A DNA stretch of 42,266 nucleotides, from positions 1-42,266 of IMG/VR virus record IMGVR_UViG_3300037483_001185, one strand, 5' to 3'. Origin of the DNA: a virus. Taxonomy: Duplodnaviria; Caudoviricetes. A model generated the notes under the pieces. The model saw only the letters and a list, made by a program, of their open reading frames with translations, was not told where the DNA came from and searched no databases. Positions within the stretch are counted from its first letter, which is position 1. Every line of letters starts with the position of its first letter. The position numbers were made by a program, and so were the translations under genes. Shown here piece by piece: positions 32,233-42,031 of this stretch.

Positions 32233-32664
32233 CTATGTATCCTCCGGTTCGATGAAGTCCAGGCCCAGGCGACCGAACGACCAGGCGACCGCCTCGTCCA
32301 CCGGGTAGCCCAGGCCCTTCAATTCTTTGGCCAGCCGCTCCAACATGCGCTCGATATTGTCGAAGATGGTGTCCCTGTCACCCTCCACAGCCGTGGCCCC
32401 GAAGTCCACTTTAGTGGAAAGCAAGCCGGCGAACCTGTCCAGAGCATAGTACTGGCACAGGGTCAGGTAGGCGCGGGAGAGGCTGTCGGCAACGCTGGCG
32501 CTGGCCAGAGAGGATTCGCCCGTGCCCAACCGGCGCAGGGCCTGGTCGATGTCCGGCCCGTAGCCGGTGGCGGATGCGTCCGTAGCCACCTGCTGCACCT
32601 CGCCGGCCAGATTGGCCAGCCGGCTGTGGATGTAGGCGGCGGCGGCGCTGCGCGAAACGCTCAT
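32233..32664 (-). CDS. Head-tail adaptor-like protein
   Basis: DIDQALRRLG helical protein; GGAGG RBS; position. Confidence 0.6.
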   Translation of the reverse strand: MSVSRSAAAAYIHSRLANLAGEVQQVATDASATGYGPDIDQALRRLGTGESSLASASVADSLSRAYLTLCQYYALDRFAGLLSTKVDFGATAVEGDRDTIFDNIERMLERLAKELKGLGYPVDEAVAWSFGRLGLDFIEPEDT

Positions 32665-32762
32665 GATTTGCGTTGCCTCCAGTACAGGATGAGTATCACG
32701 ACGATGCACAGCCCCAGGGCCGGCCAACAGGTGCGCAGGTAGAGGCCCATGTCGCCGGGCAT
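32661..32762 (-). CDS. 33-aa membrane peptide MPGDMGLYLRTCWPALGLCIVVILILYWRQRKS
   Basis: Read by hand; fills the gap exactly; ATGA overlap. Confidence 0.45.
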   Translation of the reverse strand: MPGDMGLYLRTCWPALGLCIVVILILYWRQRKS

Positions 32763-32763
32763 G

Positions 32764-33573
32764 TTAACTGTTATCGTAACCGGATAGACAGATCCAGTCG
32801 GTGCCATCGGACAATAGGGTCAGTGTGTCCTTTGCCCCCAAGGCCACGTCGGCCTTGCATTCAACCCCACCACCGGTGCCGTCGATCGTGATGATGTCGG
32901 CGGCATTACCGTTGACCAGTACCAGAACCTGGCCGGCTGTGCCTGGCGCAATCGCCACATCAGTGGCGGTCGTGACCGCCACCGTCGATGTGATCGGCTG
33001 ATAGCTCCCCGTAGGCGTGATGGTTTCGCCATCACCCAGCACAATGGTTTCCTGAGCCGTGATGCTTGCCCAGTCACCAACAACCAGGTTAGTGCCGATA
33101 TCCACCGCTGCGCTGGTCGTGACGGCACCCGTGACCCCGAGCGTCCCACCGGCATAGGCATCGCCCGCGACGTAGAGATCGTCGCCTACCGTCGCATCAG
33201 CGCTGGTCGTGACGATGCCAGTCACGCCCAGGGTGCCACCCGCATAGGCATCTCCAACGGTATACAGATCGTCGCCTATCATCACATCACCGGTCACATC
33301 GACATTGCCCAGCGTGGTGATGTTGCCTGTGGCGCTGATGGCGCCGGCTGCCGTCAAACTGCTGTCGGCATCGATGGCGCCCCATACATCCAGCGTGTCC
33401 TGCAACTCCGTGGCGTTCTGGACGGTCAGGCGCTTGGTGACGATCCAACTGAAGAACTGGCGCTGGGCCGACGGTGCGGCGTCGCTGGCGCCCGGCACCA
33501 GGGTCAGGGACAGAATGACGATAAGCAGGCCGGCCACAACGATGGCCAGCGCTGAACGTAAGGTGCGGTTCAT
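32764..33573 (-). CDS. Signal-peptide-bearing beta-solenoid repeat protein in the head cluster
   Basis: MNRTLRSALAIVVAGLLIVILSLTLVPGASDA; duplicated GDDLY.xGDAYAGGTLGVTG.VTTSA; GGAGG RBS. Confidence 0.7.
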   Translation of the reverse strand: MNRTLRSALAIVVAGLLIVILSLTLVPGASDAAPSAQRQFFSWIVTKRLTVQNATELQDTLDVWGAIDADSSLTAAGAISATGNITTLGNVDVTGDVMIGDDLYTVGDAYAGGTLGVTGIVTTSADATVGDDLYVAGDAYAGGTLGVTGAVTTSAAVDIGTNLVVGDWASITAQETIVLGDGETITPTGSYQPITSTVAVTTATDVAIAPGTAGQVLVLVNGNAADIITIDGTGGGVECKADVALGAKDTLTLLSDGTDWICLSGYDNS

Positions 33574-33881
33574 GGTTCCTCCCCGGCCCATTGCCGGATA
33601 CGATCAATGCCGCGCTCCGGGACGTAGGGGATGCGGGCGATCTCGGCGTCGCTGGCCTGAGCGATGGCGGCGCGCAGGTCAGTGGCCTGCACAGTGTGGG
33701 CAATTAGTTCATTGTTCTGGGTCACCAGATTGCCCACGCCAACGGCGATGGCCTCCAGGCGCATCAGTTCCGCCAGTTCGGGATCGCCCCTGGCCTGAAC
33801 GGCCAGATCCAATCCCAATGCTTCCTGTAGCTGCGCTATCACAACGGCCCGGCGGCTGGCCTTCTGCAATATTCCGGTCAT
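33570..33881 (-). CDS. Small protein with a C-terminal helix-hairpin-helix-like motif
   Basis: ASDAEIARIPYVPERGIDRIRQW; GAGGAG RBS; follows the capsid gene. Confidence 0.65.
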   Translation of the reverse strand: MTGILQKASRRAVVIAQLQEALGLDLAVQARGDPELAELMRLEAIAVGVGNLVTQNNELIAHTVQATDLRAAIAQASDAEIARIPYVPERGIDRIRQWAGEEP

Positions 33882-33895
33882 GGATTCACTCCTCT

Positions 33896-33983
33896 GTCAG
33901 TAGTCAGCACTGATAGCTAGTGAGTTCCGTGCGTAGCACGTGATACTCACGGAACTCACTAGCTATCAGTGCTGACTACTGAC
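33896..33983. repeat. 88-bp near-perfect palindrome after the capsid gene
   Basis: 36-bp perfect arms at 33896-33931 and 33948-33983; the centre also pairs, with 2 mismatches. Confidence 0.9.
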
Positions 33984-33995
33984 TGCTAATTAAAG

Positions 33996-35108
33996 CTAGA
34001 TGGCCAACGGCGATGTATAGCCGGAAGGCACCGCATAACTGGCGTCGCCAACATAGTAGGCCAGCGCCCGAATGCGATTGTAGGCACCGAAGCCGGCGAA
34101 GCGGATCATGCGCATCTCTTGCAGGTTTCCGTCCGGTGAATGGCTCTCCGGGAAGAAACCCTGCAGGCTGGCGGCGTCGTATTCACGCATCATGAGCGTC
34201 GGGCCGCCCGTGCCGCCCAGAGCCTGAGCGATCATGTAGCCGGCGGGCAGGAAGTCCCACTCCACGATCCAGATGTTGCTACTCTTGGTCTTGCCCAAAA
34301 TCTCATCACCCGGCCCCAGAATGGCCTCCAGGTTGGGGTTGACCAGCAGCGTATCACTGGACAGGCCATAGTTAATGTCTGGGTCGTTGATTTCCACGAA
34401 CTCGGTCAGATTGCCGATGTCGTCCACCAGGCCCGAAGGCACGTAAGTCACGAAGGGGGCGCTATTGGACGGGTGCTCGATCAGCTCAGTCCGGATGGTC
34501 GGGAACGGGTTGGCGCTGTCGCTGATGTCGGCGGCCTGAGCCAGATAGTGATTGTCGACGGCCGTGGCTTGACCACCCCGGCGCATGTAGACCACGGTGT
34601 CACTGTTGGCAAGAGGCTGGATGGTGATGTCGCCCAACCCCTTAGCGCCGTTCGGCCCCACCTTATCGTTGTAGGTCCACGAGGTGTTGTCGAAGATGGC
34701 GGCCAGGGCATGGCGGGTCATCCAATCAGCATCGCGTTGGGTGGCGTCCCAGGTATTGCGGTTGGCCTCCTCTACGGTCATGAGCGCCCGGCTAACCCGG
34801 TTGTTGCCCCAGGCCGTGCCACCGCCCTGAATGGGGAACCCCACCTGATAGGAGCCGGAAGGCGCTACCGGCAACGGATTGCCGTACTCATCCAGCGGCT
34901 GCAGTGTGCCATCGCCGGGCAATTCCACCTGAACTTGGGCCAGAGTCGTGCGCTCGGACAGGACGCTGAGCAATCCCAGCATAACGTCGTTGTGCATCTG
35001 AGCCGATTGCTGCACCATCTCGAACATGCGCTGCACCCCGATTTCAGCCACTCGGGTTGCAAACAGATGTTCCATGTTCACGAATCCATAGGCTACGGAG
35101 TTAGTCAT
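33996..35108 (-). CDS. Major capsid protein
   Basis: 370 aa after the scaffold and decoration genes; RFAGFGAYNR..YAVPSGY C-term. Confidence 0.8.
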   Translation of the reverse strand: MTNSVAYGFVNMEHLFATRVAEIGVQRMFEMVQQSAQMHNDVMLGLLSVLSERTTLAQVQVELPGDGTLQPLDEYGNPLPVAPSGSYQVGFPIQGGGTAWGNNRVSRALMTVEEANRNTWDATQRDADWMTRHALAAIFDNTSWTYNDKVGPNGAKGLGDITIQPLANSDTVVYMRRGGQATAVDNHYLAQAADISDSANPFPTIRTELIEHPSNSAPFVTYVPSGLVDDIGNLTEFVEINDPDINYGLSSDTLLVNPNLEAILGPGDEILGKTKSSNIWIVEWDFLPAGYMIAQALGGTGGPTLMMREYDAASLQGFFPESHSPDGNLQEMRMIRFAGFGAYNRIRALAYYVGDASYAVPSGYTSPLAI

Positions 35109-36040
35109 TATGCACTCACCTTTCCGTACTCAAGCCAGAGAGCATAGATGACCAACACGTCAGTGCCGTGAGCAGCCGGCGTGATCTCCATACTCAGGGT
35201 CTGGGCGCCGGCCGGCACGTCGGCGGCAGCGATGGTAGCCGTGTATTCGGCCACGGTAGTGCCGGTGACGGCGGCCGTGGTGTCGCTGACTTTCGTATCG
35301 CCCTCGTTGAAGAAACTTTCCAGGGTCAGCACCACGGTGTCCGGCCCGCCCGTGCCCACAATGGCGGCGCGGGCGTGCAGTGTAATAGCCTGGGCCTCAT
35401 CCAGATCCGGGGGTAGAGGTGTTTGCGTGACGATCTTCTCGACATCAGCGGCCGCCCAGTACAGGCGCAGGGCCGAGTCGGTGTCGCCGCTGGTATACTC
35501 CAGGATTGGGTTGCTATCTTTGGCCAAGATACCGCCGTGGGCAGCCAGATTCTGAATGTCGTTGCTGCCAGCCTCGCGCCACTGAGTCAGAGGTAGGCCT
35601 ATGTAGCCGACGCCATCCTGATACTCGGCAGCGTCCACATCCACCAGCAGTAACTTATCGGCCGTGGTGGCGGCGAAGCCCGGCCATACGATGCCGATGC
35701 GACGTGCCACTGTGCCAGGCGTATCAGCCAGAGTGCCATCGGTATCCGACAGGAAAATAGGAGCACCGTAATCCAGGGCGTCTAGGGCATCGCCCAGATC
35801 CACCAGGCCGCGCTTGATGAGCGTTACCGTCTGGCCGGCATAGGTGGCCGTCTCGACACCGACGCCGATGGCCTTGGCTTCAGCCGCTGTCGTGCCGTTG
35901 GCGGGGGTATAATAGCCGGTGGAGGTATCCAACCTGAGTACCTCCCCGGCGTTGAGCGCCTCACCGCTGGGGCCATTGGGCAGTTGCTCGAAGGCGCGCA
36001 CCAGTTTGACGTCAGTTGCGGTAATACTTAAATCAGTCAT
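35108..36040 (-). CDS. Head decoration/cement protein with a C-terminal extension
   Basis: SGEALNAGEVL..AIGVG..GQTVTLIKRG..GAPIFLSDTDG.LADT. Confidence 0.75.
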   Translation of the reverse strand: MTDLSITATDVKLVRAFEQLPNGPSGEALNAGEVLRLDTSTGYYTPANGTTAAEAKAIGVGVETATYAGQTVTLIKRGLVDLGDALDALDYGAPIFLSDTDGTLADTPGTVARRIGIVWPGFAATTADKLLLVDVDAAEYQDGVGYIGLPLTQWREAGSNDIQNLAAHGGILAKDSNPILEYTSGDTDSALRLYWAAADVEKIVTQTPLPPDLDEAQAITLHARAAIVGTGGPDTVVLTLESFFNEGDTKVSDTTAAVTGTTVAEYTATIAAADVPAGAQTLSMEITPAAHGTDVLVIYALWLEYGKVSA

Positions 36041-36059
36041 GTGTCCTCATTTCTGCGGG

Positions 36060-36725
36060 TCAGGGTTTGATGCCTGCCCGCCATTGTCTGCGGTAATCAG
36101 CTACGGCTTTCTCTCGCGCTTTCTCGTCACCCGCTGCCCCCGCCGCCGGCGGGCGTCGTGTGTTGCCCGGCGTGGCGGCGGCGTCCAACAGCTTGTGCGC
36201 CAGGGCACGCGCCTTGTCACGCCAGGCCAGGCGTTCCAGGAGGGGCACGTCGGCGCCGGGGTCCATGGCCCTCACTTCCTCCGGCCATTCCTTGATTTCG
36301 GCGTCCAGGTCCTTGACCAGGCGAGCCTCGTAGCCGGCGATAGTCGCGGTCAGGCTTTCGGCCTGCGGTTGCAATTCCGCCAGCTTAGCCTCGTGCTGCT
36401 GAGCCAAAGTTTTCCACTCCTCTTTGGCCTTGAGCGCTTCCGCCTGGGCCGCATCCTCTGCTTTCTTGCGGTCGGCCTCGGCTTTGGCCCGTTCCCTGGT
36501 CAGGCGGTCCTTGACGATGGCGTCCAGTTGCGCCTGCGTGAACTGCGGCTGCGCGTCCTTGTCCTTGTCCTGGCTCCCCTGTTCTCCGCTGCTTTGGGTT
36601 GTCCCCCCGGATGCGTCGTCCGTCTGGGAGCCGGTGCTTTCGGATTCGGTACTGGCGCCGGCGCCGCCCTCTGCCCCTTTGTCCGGGGCCATTCGGAAAA
36701 TGCGTTCTAAGTCAAAGCGATTCAC
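36060..36725 (-). CDS. Head scaffolding protein
   Basis: GGGAGG RBS with GTG at 36725; FTQAQLDAIVKDRLTRER coiled coil. Confidence 0.85.
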   Translation of the reverse strand: MNRFDLERIFRMAPDKGAEGGAGASTESESTGSQTDDASGGTTQSSGEQGSQDKDKDAQPQFTQAQLDAIVKDRLTRERAKAEADRKKAEDAAQAEALKAKEEWKTLAQQHEAKLAELQPQAESLTATIAGYEARLVKDLDAEIKEWPEEVRAMDPGADVPLLERLAWRDKARALAHKLLDAAATPGNTRRPPAAGAAGDEKAREKAVADYRRQWRAGIKP

Positions 36726-36753
36726 GGGTTTCCTCCCTGTTTTTATGCCGTCG

Positions 36754-36960
36754 TCAGTGCGACGTGGTAGTTGCGGATAATGAGTTGGATAATGTCGCGT
36801 CCCGCCCCTGACTGGCCTCCACGGCCTGTCCCTGGCGTTCTGCTTGCCGGCGTGCCCTCTCCCGACTGGCAGGGTCGCTAGGCGCATAGGTGTAGCACTT
36901 GCCCTCGCTCCCCCAGCGAAAGCCGGGCCGGCCCTCTGATATGCAGCGCATCACGGGCAT
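36754..36960 (-). CDS. Conserved small phage head-region protein
   Basis: MPV..C...GRPGFRWGSEGKCYTY..A.RQGQAVEAS; AAGGAG RBS. Confidence 0.75.
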   Translation of the reverse strand: MPVMRCISEGRPGFRWGSEGKCYTYAPSDPASRERARRQAERQGQAVEASQGRDATLSNSLSATTTSH

Positions 36961-36969
36961 AGTGTCTCC

Positions 36970-37857
36970 TTAAGCAGCCACCCGCCCGGTCAACCGTTCC
37001 CAGGCCGGCAGGTCATAACGGGGTACACGGTTACAGCGGCAAGAGGCCCGCCCTCGACACACAGAACCGGGCATCGGTCCCTGGCCTGGCAGATATGGGC
37101 TACGCCGGTCGGCGTCCAGGCAACGGTCACAGGTGGCGTTATCGTCTCTACTTACGTAGTCATAAACTACGCCATCCTCGGCGCCGGCCTCCGCTTCCGC
37201 CGCCCGGAACGCTTCCCCCCGTCCCGTGCCGGCGTAGGCTTCAGAGCGCACGGCAATCTGGGCTTCCGACAGCGGCGTGGCTATGACGTTGCGCACGGCA
37301 ATCTGGTCGGCGAAGCGGGACAGGTAGGCCAGCTCGCGTTGCGCCAACTGTTCGATGCGGCCCAGTTCGGCAGCCGTCAGGTTGGCGCGCCCGGCGCCTG
37401 TGGCCACCTGCTGCACCAGGTGCGAGCGCAGGCGTTCGCCCATGGCGGTCTGCCATTCGACCAGAGCCAGTTCGCCCCTGGCATAGCGCCCGGCCAGAGC
37501 GCGCACGTCGGCCTCGAAAGCGGACTGCACGGCGTCGATAAGCCCGGTGCGGGCGATGGCGCTGACCCGAGCCGGCTGCAATACCTGCAACGTGAGCGTG
37601 GCCGTCACCGTCTGTAAGCTCACGACCGCCGGCGCTTGGCGTCCAGCTAGAGCCAGCAGGGACAGGAAAGCAGCCAGGGCCAGGTTGCCGTCGACGCGGC
37701 TCTCCTGTTGGGTGGGCGGGATGGGCACGAAGCCGGCCATATCGATTTCGCCGGCATCGAAGCGGCGCAACAGTTCGCGGGCGTCGGCCTCCGAGATAGC
37801 GCCATCGGCAATCGAGCGGGCCAACAGGTTGATGAACTCCTCGCGGCTCATATCCAC
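36970..37857 (-). CDS. Head morphogenesis (Mu F/SPP1 gp7-like) protein
   Basis: After the portal; C-term D..TCDRC..PMPG..C.GRASCRC. Confidence 0.75.
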   Translation of the reverse strand: MDMSREEFINLLARSIADGAISEADARELLRRFDAGEIDMAGFVPIPPTQQESRVDGNLALAAFLSLLALAGRQAPAVVSLQTVTATLTLQVLQPARVSAIARTGLIDAVQSAFEADVRALAGRYARGELALVEWQTAMGERLRSHLVQQVATGAGRANLTAAELGRIEQLAQRELAYLSRFADQIAVRNVIATPLSEAQIAVRSEAYAGTGRGEAFRAAEAEAGAEDGVVYDYVSRDDNATCDRCLDADRRSPYLPGQGPMPGSVCRGRASCRCNRVPRYDLPAWERLTGRVAA

Positions 37858-38114
37858 ACCCCGTCATTACCAAAATATTGCCCGCTGCCATCCAACCAGG
37901 TCATCTCCTCAGTGTACCCACAGGCAGAACAGGTGGAGGTGCAACGAGTCATGATGGCAGCCACGGCCACCCAGTGATGCCCGCACATCGGGCAGGTCAT
38001 CTGGTAGGTGCCCCACCCCCGGCGCCAGTGGTTGACCAGGTAGGCCGGGAGCATCCAGTCCACAGCCGGTGCTGGCGAGGATGGCTTGGGAACAGGGCGC
38101 AATGCAATGTTCAC
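37848..38114 (-). CDS. Small Zn-ribbon protein
   Basis: CPMCGHHWVAVA..CSACG; GTGA overlap with the portal gene. Confidence 0.6.
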   Translation of the reverse strand: MNIALRPVPKPSSPAPAVDWMLPAYLVNHWRRGWGTYQMTCPMCGHHWVAVAAIMTRCTSTCSACGYTEEMTWLDGSGQYFGNDGVWI

Positions 38115-39664
38115 GCCAGTGCTCCCGAGAGCCGAGCGGCAATGCCGGAAGCCGGCGACGAAGCGTTGGCTGCCGGCGTCTCTACCTGGTCCGTCTGGCC
38201 AGGTATCATTTGCGCTCCCATTGCCGGCGTCCCGAACAGGCTACCCCCTGCCCGGTCGGCCTCCAACCCAATACGCTGCCTCTCCTCCTGCAAGCGTTCC
38301 AGCGGCGTCCTGGGCACAAGCGGCCTGGGCTGGATACTGAAATCCAAGTCGCCAGCGGCATAGGAGTCCAGCCCGAAGGGGGCGAACTTGACCTGCTGGC
38401 GATTAAGCGGACCCCAGGCGCCGGTGGAAGCGCGCCAGCCGGCAATGGCCACGGCCATCTGGAACAGCTTCACACTCTGCGTGTCATAGGCGGCCCTGGC
38501 CTCCATGACGTAGTTGAGCGTGTCCCCGAACAGGCGTTCGGCAGCCGGGCCGGTGACGTTGGACATGCTGCGCAGTTGCTGGTACATGGCCAGTTCGGGG
38601 TGGTCGCGCTCGATTTCCGCCAGCAGCGAATCCATGCGCATCTGCACCTCGCCTTCCGGCAGTTCAGCCGTGGCGATGGTGCCGCCCGGCCCGGACGTGA
38701 GGAGGTTGATCTCCTCCTGCCCGCGTTCCGGTTCCGTGAAATCGTGGGTAGGCCCGCGCTTGGCGGTCTCATTGCGCAGATAGGCCACGCCCTCACCGGA
38801 CACCAGCAAGGGGGCGCCCAGGATCTTGTGGGCCTGGTCGAAGGCGTGGGCCGCCAGGCTGTTCAGTTCGTCCCACTTGCCCAGGTTGCGCAGGGCCGGG
38901 TCGCCATGGTCGCCGCCCAGGTCGGTGTGTTTGACCCAGACAGCGGGGGCGAAGGTGTACGGGTTGTCCCGCTCAGCCGGCAGCTCGTCGAAGGCGAAAG
39001 GGGCGCCGTCCTTAAAAGTGCGGATGCTCTCGGCGTCCACCTCCTGGCGATAGATGTAGGCGCGCTGCGCGCCGGGGTCTAACACGTCGTACTCCAATGC
39101 ATACGCCTTGACGTTGCCGGTGGAATCCAGCGATAAATCCGCCACCAGGCCCGGCCACACCACGTCCAGCGTGACCTTGCCCCTGTCCAGTTCGTCCACT
39201 ACCTGCACGAGTACGTCGCCCAAAGCGGCGCCATAGCGCACGTACAGGCTCTTGCCACTCTGCCAATTGGACCACTGCCACAGTTGGCCTAACGCTGCGC
39301 GCAGTTCGGGCGCCACATCGTCGGCCAGAGGGATGGCCAGCACGCTATCGTCATCGGCGGGCAGGCCGTCGGCTGTGAGCGTGCCGGGGTAGACGATGCC
39401 GGCGTAGAAGTCCACCAGGCGCCGGGCCGGGTTGTAGATGCTGCGCGTGTAGCGGTAGAGACGATAGCGGTTGCGGTAGGCGGCCCAGGTGGCCAGGTCA
39501 TCGAAGACGCTGTTCTTATACCAGTGCCACAGATAGCGATAGTAAGTCTGGCGCGCCTCAAACTGGCCGCGTGCCTGTTCGGCTTCGGGGTCCGAGAACA
39601 CGCGCACGAATGTGCTAGCCGCTGCGCTGGTCGCCATCGTCAACCTACTCCATAGATTGGCCAT
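38111..39664 (-). CDS. Portal protein
   Basis: 517 aa after TerL; IYNPARRLVDFY, YGAALGD, NPYTFAPAVWVKH. Confidence 0.85.
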   Translation of the reverse strand: MANLWSRLTMATSAAASTFVRVFSDPEAEQARGQFEARQTYYRYLWHWYKNSVFDDLATWAAYRNRYRLYRYTRSIYNPARRLVDFYAGIVYPGTLTADGLPADDDSVLAIPLADDVAPELRAALGQLWQWSNWQSGKSLYVRYGAALGDVLVQVVDELDRGKVTLDVVWPGLVADLSLDSTGNVKAYALEYDVLDPGAQRAYIYRQEVDAESIRTFKDGAPFAFDELPAERDNPYTFAPAVWVKHTDLGGDHGDPALRNLGKWDELNSLAAHAFDQAHKILGAPLLVSGEGVAYLRNETAKRGPTHDFTEPERGQEEINLLTSGPGGTIATAELPEGEVQMRMDSLLAEIERDHPELAMYQQLRSMSNVTGPAAERLFGDTLNYVMEARAAYDTQSVKLFQMAVAIAGWRASTGAWGPLNRQQVKFAPFGLDSYAAGDLDFSIQPRPLVPRTPLERLQEERQRIGLEADRAGGSLFGTPAMGAQMIPGQTDQVETPAANASSPASGIAARLSGALA

Positions 39665-39719
39665 CTGCTACCTGCACTGCGGTACGGTCGGTCTTCCGAC
39701 ACTTGCCACCTGCCATTTC

Positions 39720-41153
39720 TCATGTCCATCCGAAAGCGCTGGCCAACTCACCGTCCTGAATGCCCGTGGCCGTACGCGCACATAGGGCCAGGGCCAGAGC
39801 GTCGGCCCTGTCATCGTGCATTCCATCCGGCGCCCTGAGCGTGGCGCCTTCAATGCTGCCCAGTTGCGTCTGTGTAGCGAAATCGTGCAGGGCCGTGTCC
39901 CCCTCCCGGAAGGCATCGGCAGCCGTCGTGTAGAGCAACGTTTTGCCCCGGGAGTTGTCCAGCCAGCCAGGCTTGCCGTCCGGTCCTACCAGGCGGCGAA
40001 CGTGGCTGTAGCTGTCCCTGAGCGCCAGCAGCACGGCGTGACCGTGGTTGTTGCGCTCCACCAGCACGCCGGCCCGATTGTACCAGTCCGACAGGGCGGC
40101 GATGTGGCCGGCCAACACGGCGGGCTCGAACTTACCGGCGAGCGAAGCCACCTCCTCGCCGCTGTCTATGTCCACCACCTCCAGGGCGCTATCGTCGCTG
40201 TTGGGGTTGCCCTCGGCCGGGTCGGCGCCGATGGCATAACGGCGTCCCACCAGGGGCGGGCGGAACACAGATAGGTCGTTGATGGCGGGTAGGCCGGGCG
40301 TGTCTGCCGGCAGGGGTTGTTCCGCCACGAAGTTGCGTTCAATCCAGGCCGGCGGGATGCGTTTGCCCATGATGCGGGCAGAGAGGGCCTGCGAATCTGT
40401 GGCCGGGTATTGCTCATGCAGATCGTCCAGACTGCCGGTGCGGGTTTCGACTTCCGCCTTTTGGGCCGCGTACCAGGCGGCATCACGCGATGGGTGAACG
40501 TGCCAGGGCAGGAAGACGGGTGTCCAGGGGCTGGTGCCAGCTACGGCGGCCCGGTAGATGGCCTTGAACTCAGATGATGGCTGGGTCTTGTCGGAGCGGG
40601 AGAGAAGAATCATCTTGCCGCCGCCGTCGATGGTGGGCTTGACGGCGCGCATGAGACGGTTGAGATCCGGAACCAGATCGGCCTCATCCACAACGGCGAT
40701 GCCGGCGGTGTAGGAATCGCCGGCCGTGGTAGGGAACGCCCTGGCTATGGAACCGTTGGAGAGCGCCCACTCATGATCATTGTCCACCACAACGGCCCGC
40801 GCCTGCATCCAGGTGGGCAGGCGGATGTACATGCCCTTCAGGCGCTCGTCCAACAGATGCACCGCTTCGGTGTCCCGGCGGGAAAACAGGAGAGCGGCGG
40901 CTTCAGGCTGGAAGAGCATGAGCCAGAGCACGAAGGCCAACACCAACCAGGTCAGTCCCAGTTGACGGGCCTTGAGGATGATGACCAAGTCGTGCTCCTG
41001 AAGTATCTTCATGGTGCGAGCCTGTTCTCGCCACAGATGAAATGGCACCCATTCGCCGGCGCCGGCGTCATAGATGCGGCAGTAATGATGGGCGAAATAG
41101 ATGGGGCTCTTGCTGCAAGCAAGCCATTCGATCTTGATTTCCTCATCCGTCAT
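39720..41153 (-). CDS. terL: Terminase large subunit
   Basis: ILKARQLGLTW, VVDEAD, IGADPAEG, VERNNHG, HDDRADALALA. Confidence 0.93.
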   Translation of the reverse strand: MTDEEIKIEWLACSKSPIYFAHHYCRIYDAGAGEWVPFHLWREQARTMKILQEHDLVIILKARQLGLTWLVLAFVLWLMLFQPEAAALLFSRRDTEAVHLLDERLKGMYIRLPTWMQARAVVVDNDHEWALSNGSIARAFPTTAGDSYTAGIAVVDEADLVPDLNRLMRAVKPTIDGGGKMILLSRSDKTQPSSEFKAIYRAAVAGTSPWTPVFLPWHVHPSRDAAWYAAQKAEVETRTGSLDDLHEQYPATDSQALSARIMGKRIPPAWIERNFVAEQPLPADTPGLPAINDLSVFRPPLVGRRYAIGADPAEGNPNSDDSALEVVDIDSGEEVASLAGKFEPAVLAGHIAALSDWYNRAGVLVERNNHGHAVLLALRDSYSHVRRLVGPDGKPGWLDNSRGKTLLYTTAADAFREGDTALHDFATQTQLGSIEGATLRAPDGMHDDRADALALALCARTATGIQDGELASAFGWT

Positions 41154-41757
41154 GTCCTGAGCCTGTCGGATGACCAGCCGTCAAGCCGGCGTCGCCTAGC
41201 AGTTCGGCCTCCAGATCGCCAGCCTTGCGACTTGCCTGCACCAGACTGTCAGCGCTCAGCGGCACGATGTAGAGCGGGTCATCCTTGCCGCCGCGCTGGC
41301 TGTCCAGGACACCATGCGCCTTGAGGATAGTGTCGAGGGCCGCTTTGGCGTCATAAAGCTCGAAATCAATTTCCGCTTCAGTGACCAAAGTGGCCTCTGG
41401 CCCACGCCCCATCATGTACGTCTTCGTCTTGCGCTTGAGCTTTTTGACCAGGTGCAGGCGCCCGTCTTCCAAGGCCGTGCCCAAATCCGGAATCGGACCA
41501 TCGTCACCGCCGGTGACGAAGTCGGCCATATCGCCGCGAGCCATATCGGCCAGGCGCATGAGAGCTTCGTCGGCAGACATGGCGGACTCTTGCAGGCGCC
41601 GGTGGATGGCCTCAGAAATATCCGGTTTCTTCACGTTTTCATAGCCGATATTGCCAGCGCTTTTTTCGGAATAGCCCGCCCGAATTGCTGCCTGCGTGGC
41701 ATTGAAATCTATGCAGTATTCGTCTACGAATTTCTTCTGTTTTCCCTTCAGGGCCAC
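41143..41757 (-). CDS. terS: Terminase small subunit
   Basis: KQKKFVDEYCIDFNATQAAIRAGYSEKSA..ELYDAKAAL; start at 41757 (GTG) or 41775. Confidence 0.92.
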   Translation of the reverse strand: MALKGKQKKFVDEYCIDFNATQAAIRAGYSEKSAGNIGYENVKKPDISEAIHRRLQESAMSADEALMRLADMARGDMADFVTGGDDGPIPDLGTALEDGRLHLVKKLKRKTKTYMMGRGPEATLVTEAEIDFELYDAKAALDTILKAHGVLDSQRGGKDDPLYIVPLSADSLVQASRKAGDLEAELLGDAGLTAGHPTGSGHDG

Positions 41758-41773
41758 GCCTGGCTTACCCCCC

Positions 41774-41804
41774 AAACAAAAAGCCCCCGTCCACCGGGGG
41801 GCTT
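41774..41804 (-). terminator. Intrinsic terminator immediately upstream of terS
   Basis: AAGCCCCC-loop-GGGGGCTT followed by TTTGTTT on the minus strand. Confidence 0.7.
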
Positions 41805-41864
41805 CACAAACACGCGCCGGGGCTGGGGGCGGGACAGCAAGTGTGCTGTGCGGCTATTATGCGA

Positions 41865-41990
41865 TTATGCGGCTGGCGAGCGACCCTGCCGGCGCTCAAT
41901 CCACTGGACAATCATCAGCAGCGCCCGGCGCACGATGTCGAGAAAGGCGTCGAAATCATCTGTCGGTGGGGCTGCTGGCTTGCCGGTCAT
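41865..41990 (-). CDS. 41-aa leader protein MTGKPAAPPTDDFDAFLDIVRRALLMIVQWIERRQGRSPAA
   Basis: Read by hand; amphipathic helix; lies between the late promoter and the terminator. Confidence 0.6.
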   Translation of the reverse strand: MTGKPAAPPTDDFDAFLDIVRRALLMIVQWIERRQGRSPAA

Positions 41991-42031
41991 GCTCGCCTGC
42001 CTACTCGTTCGCAAACACGGGCTTTACGCGC

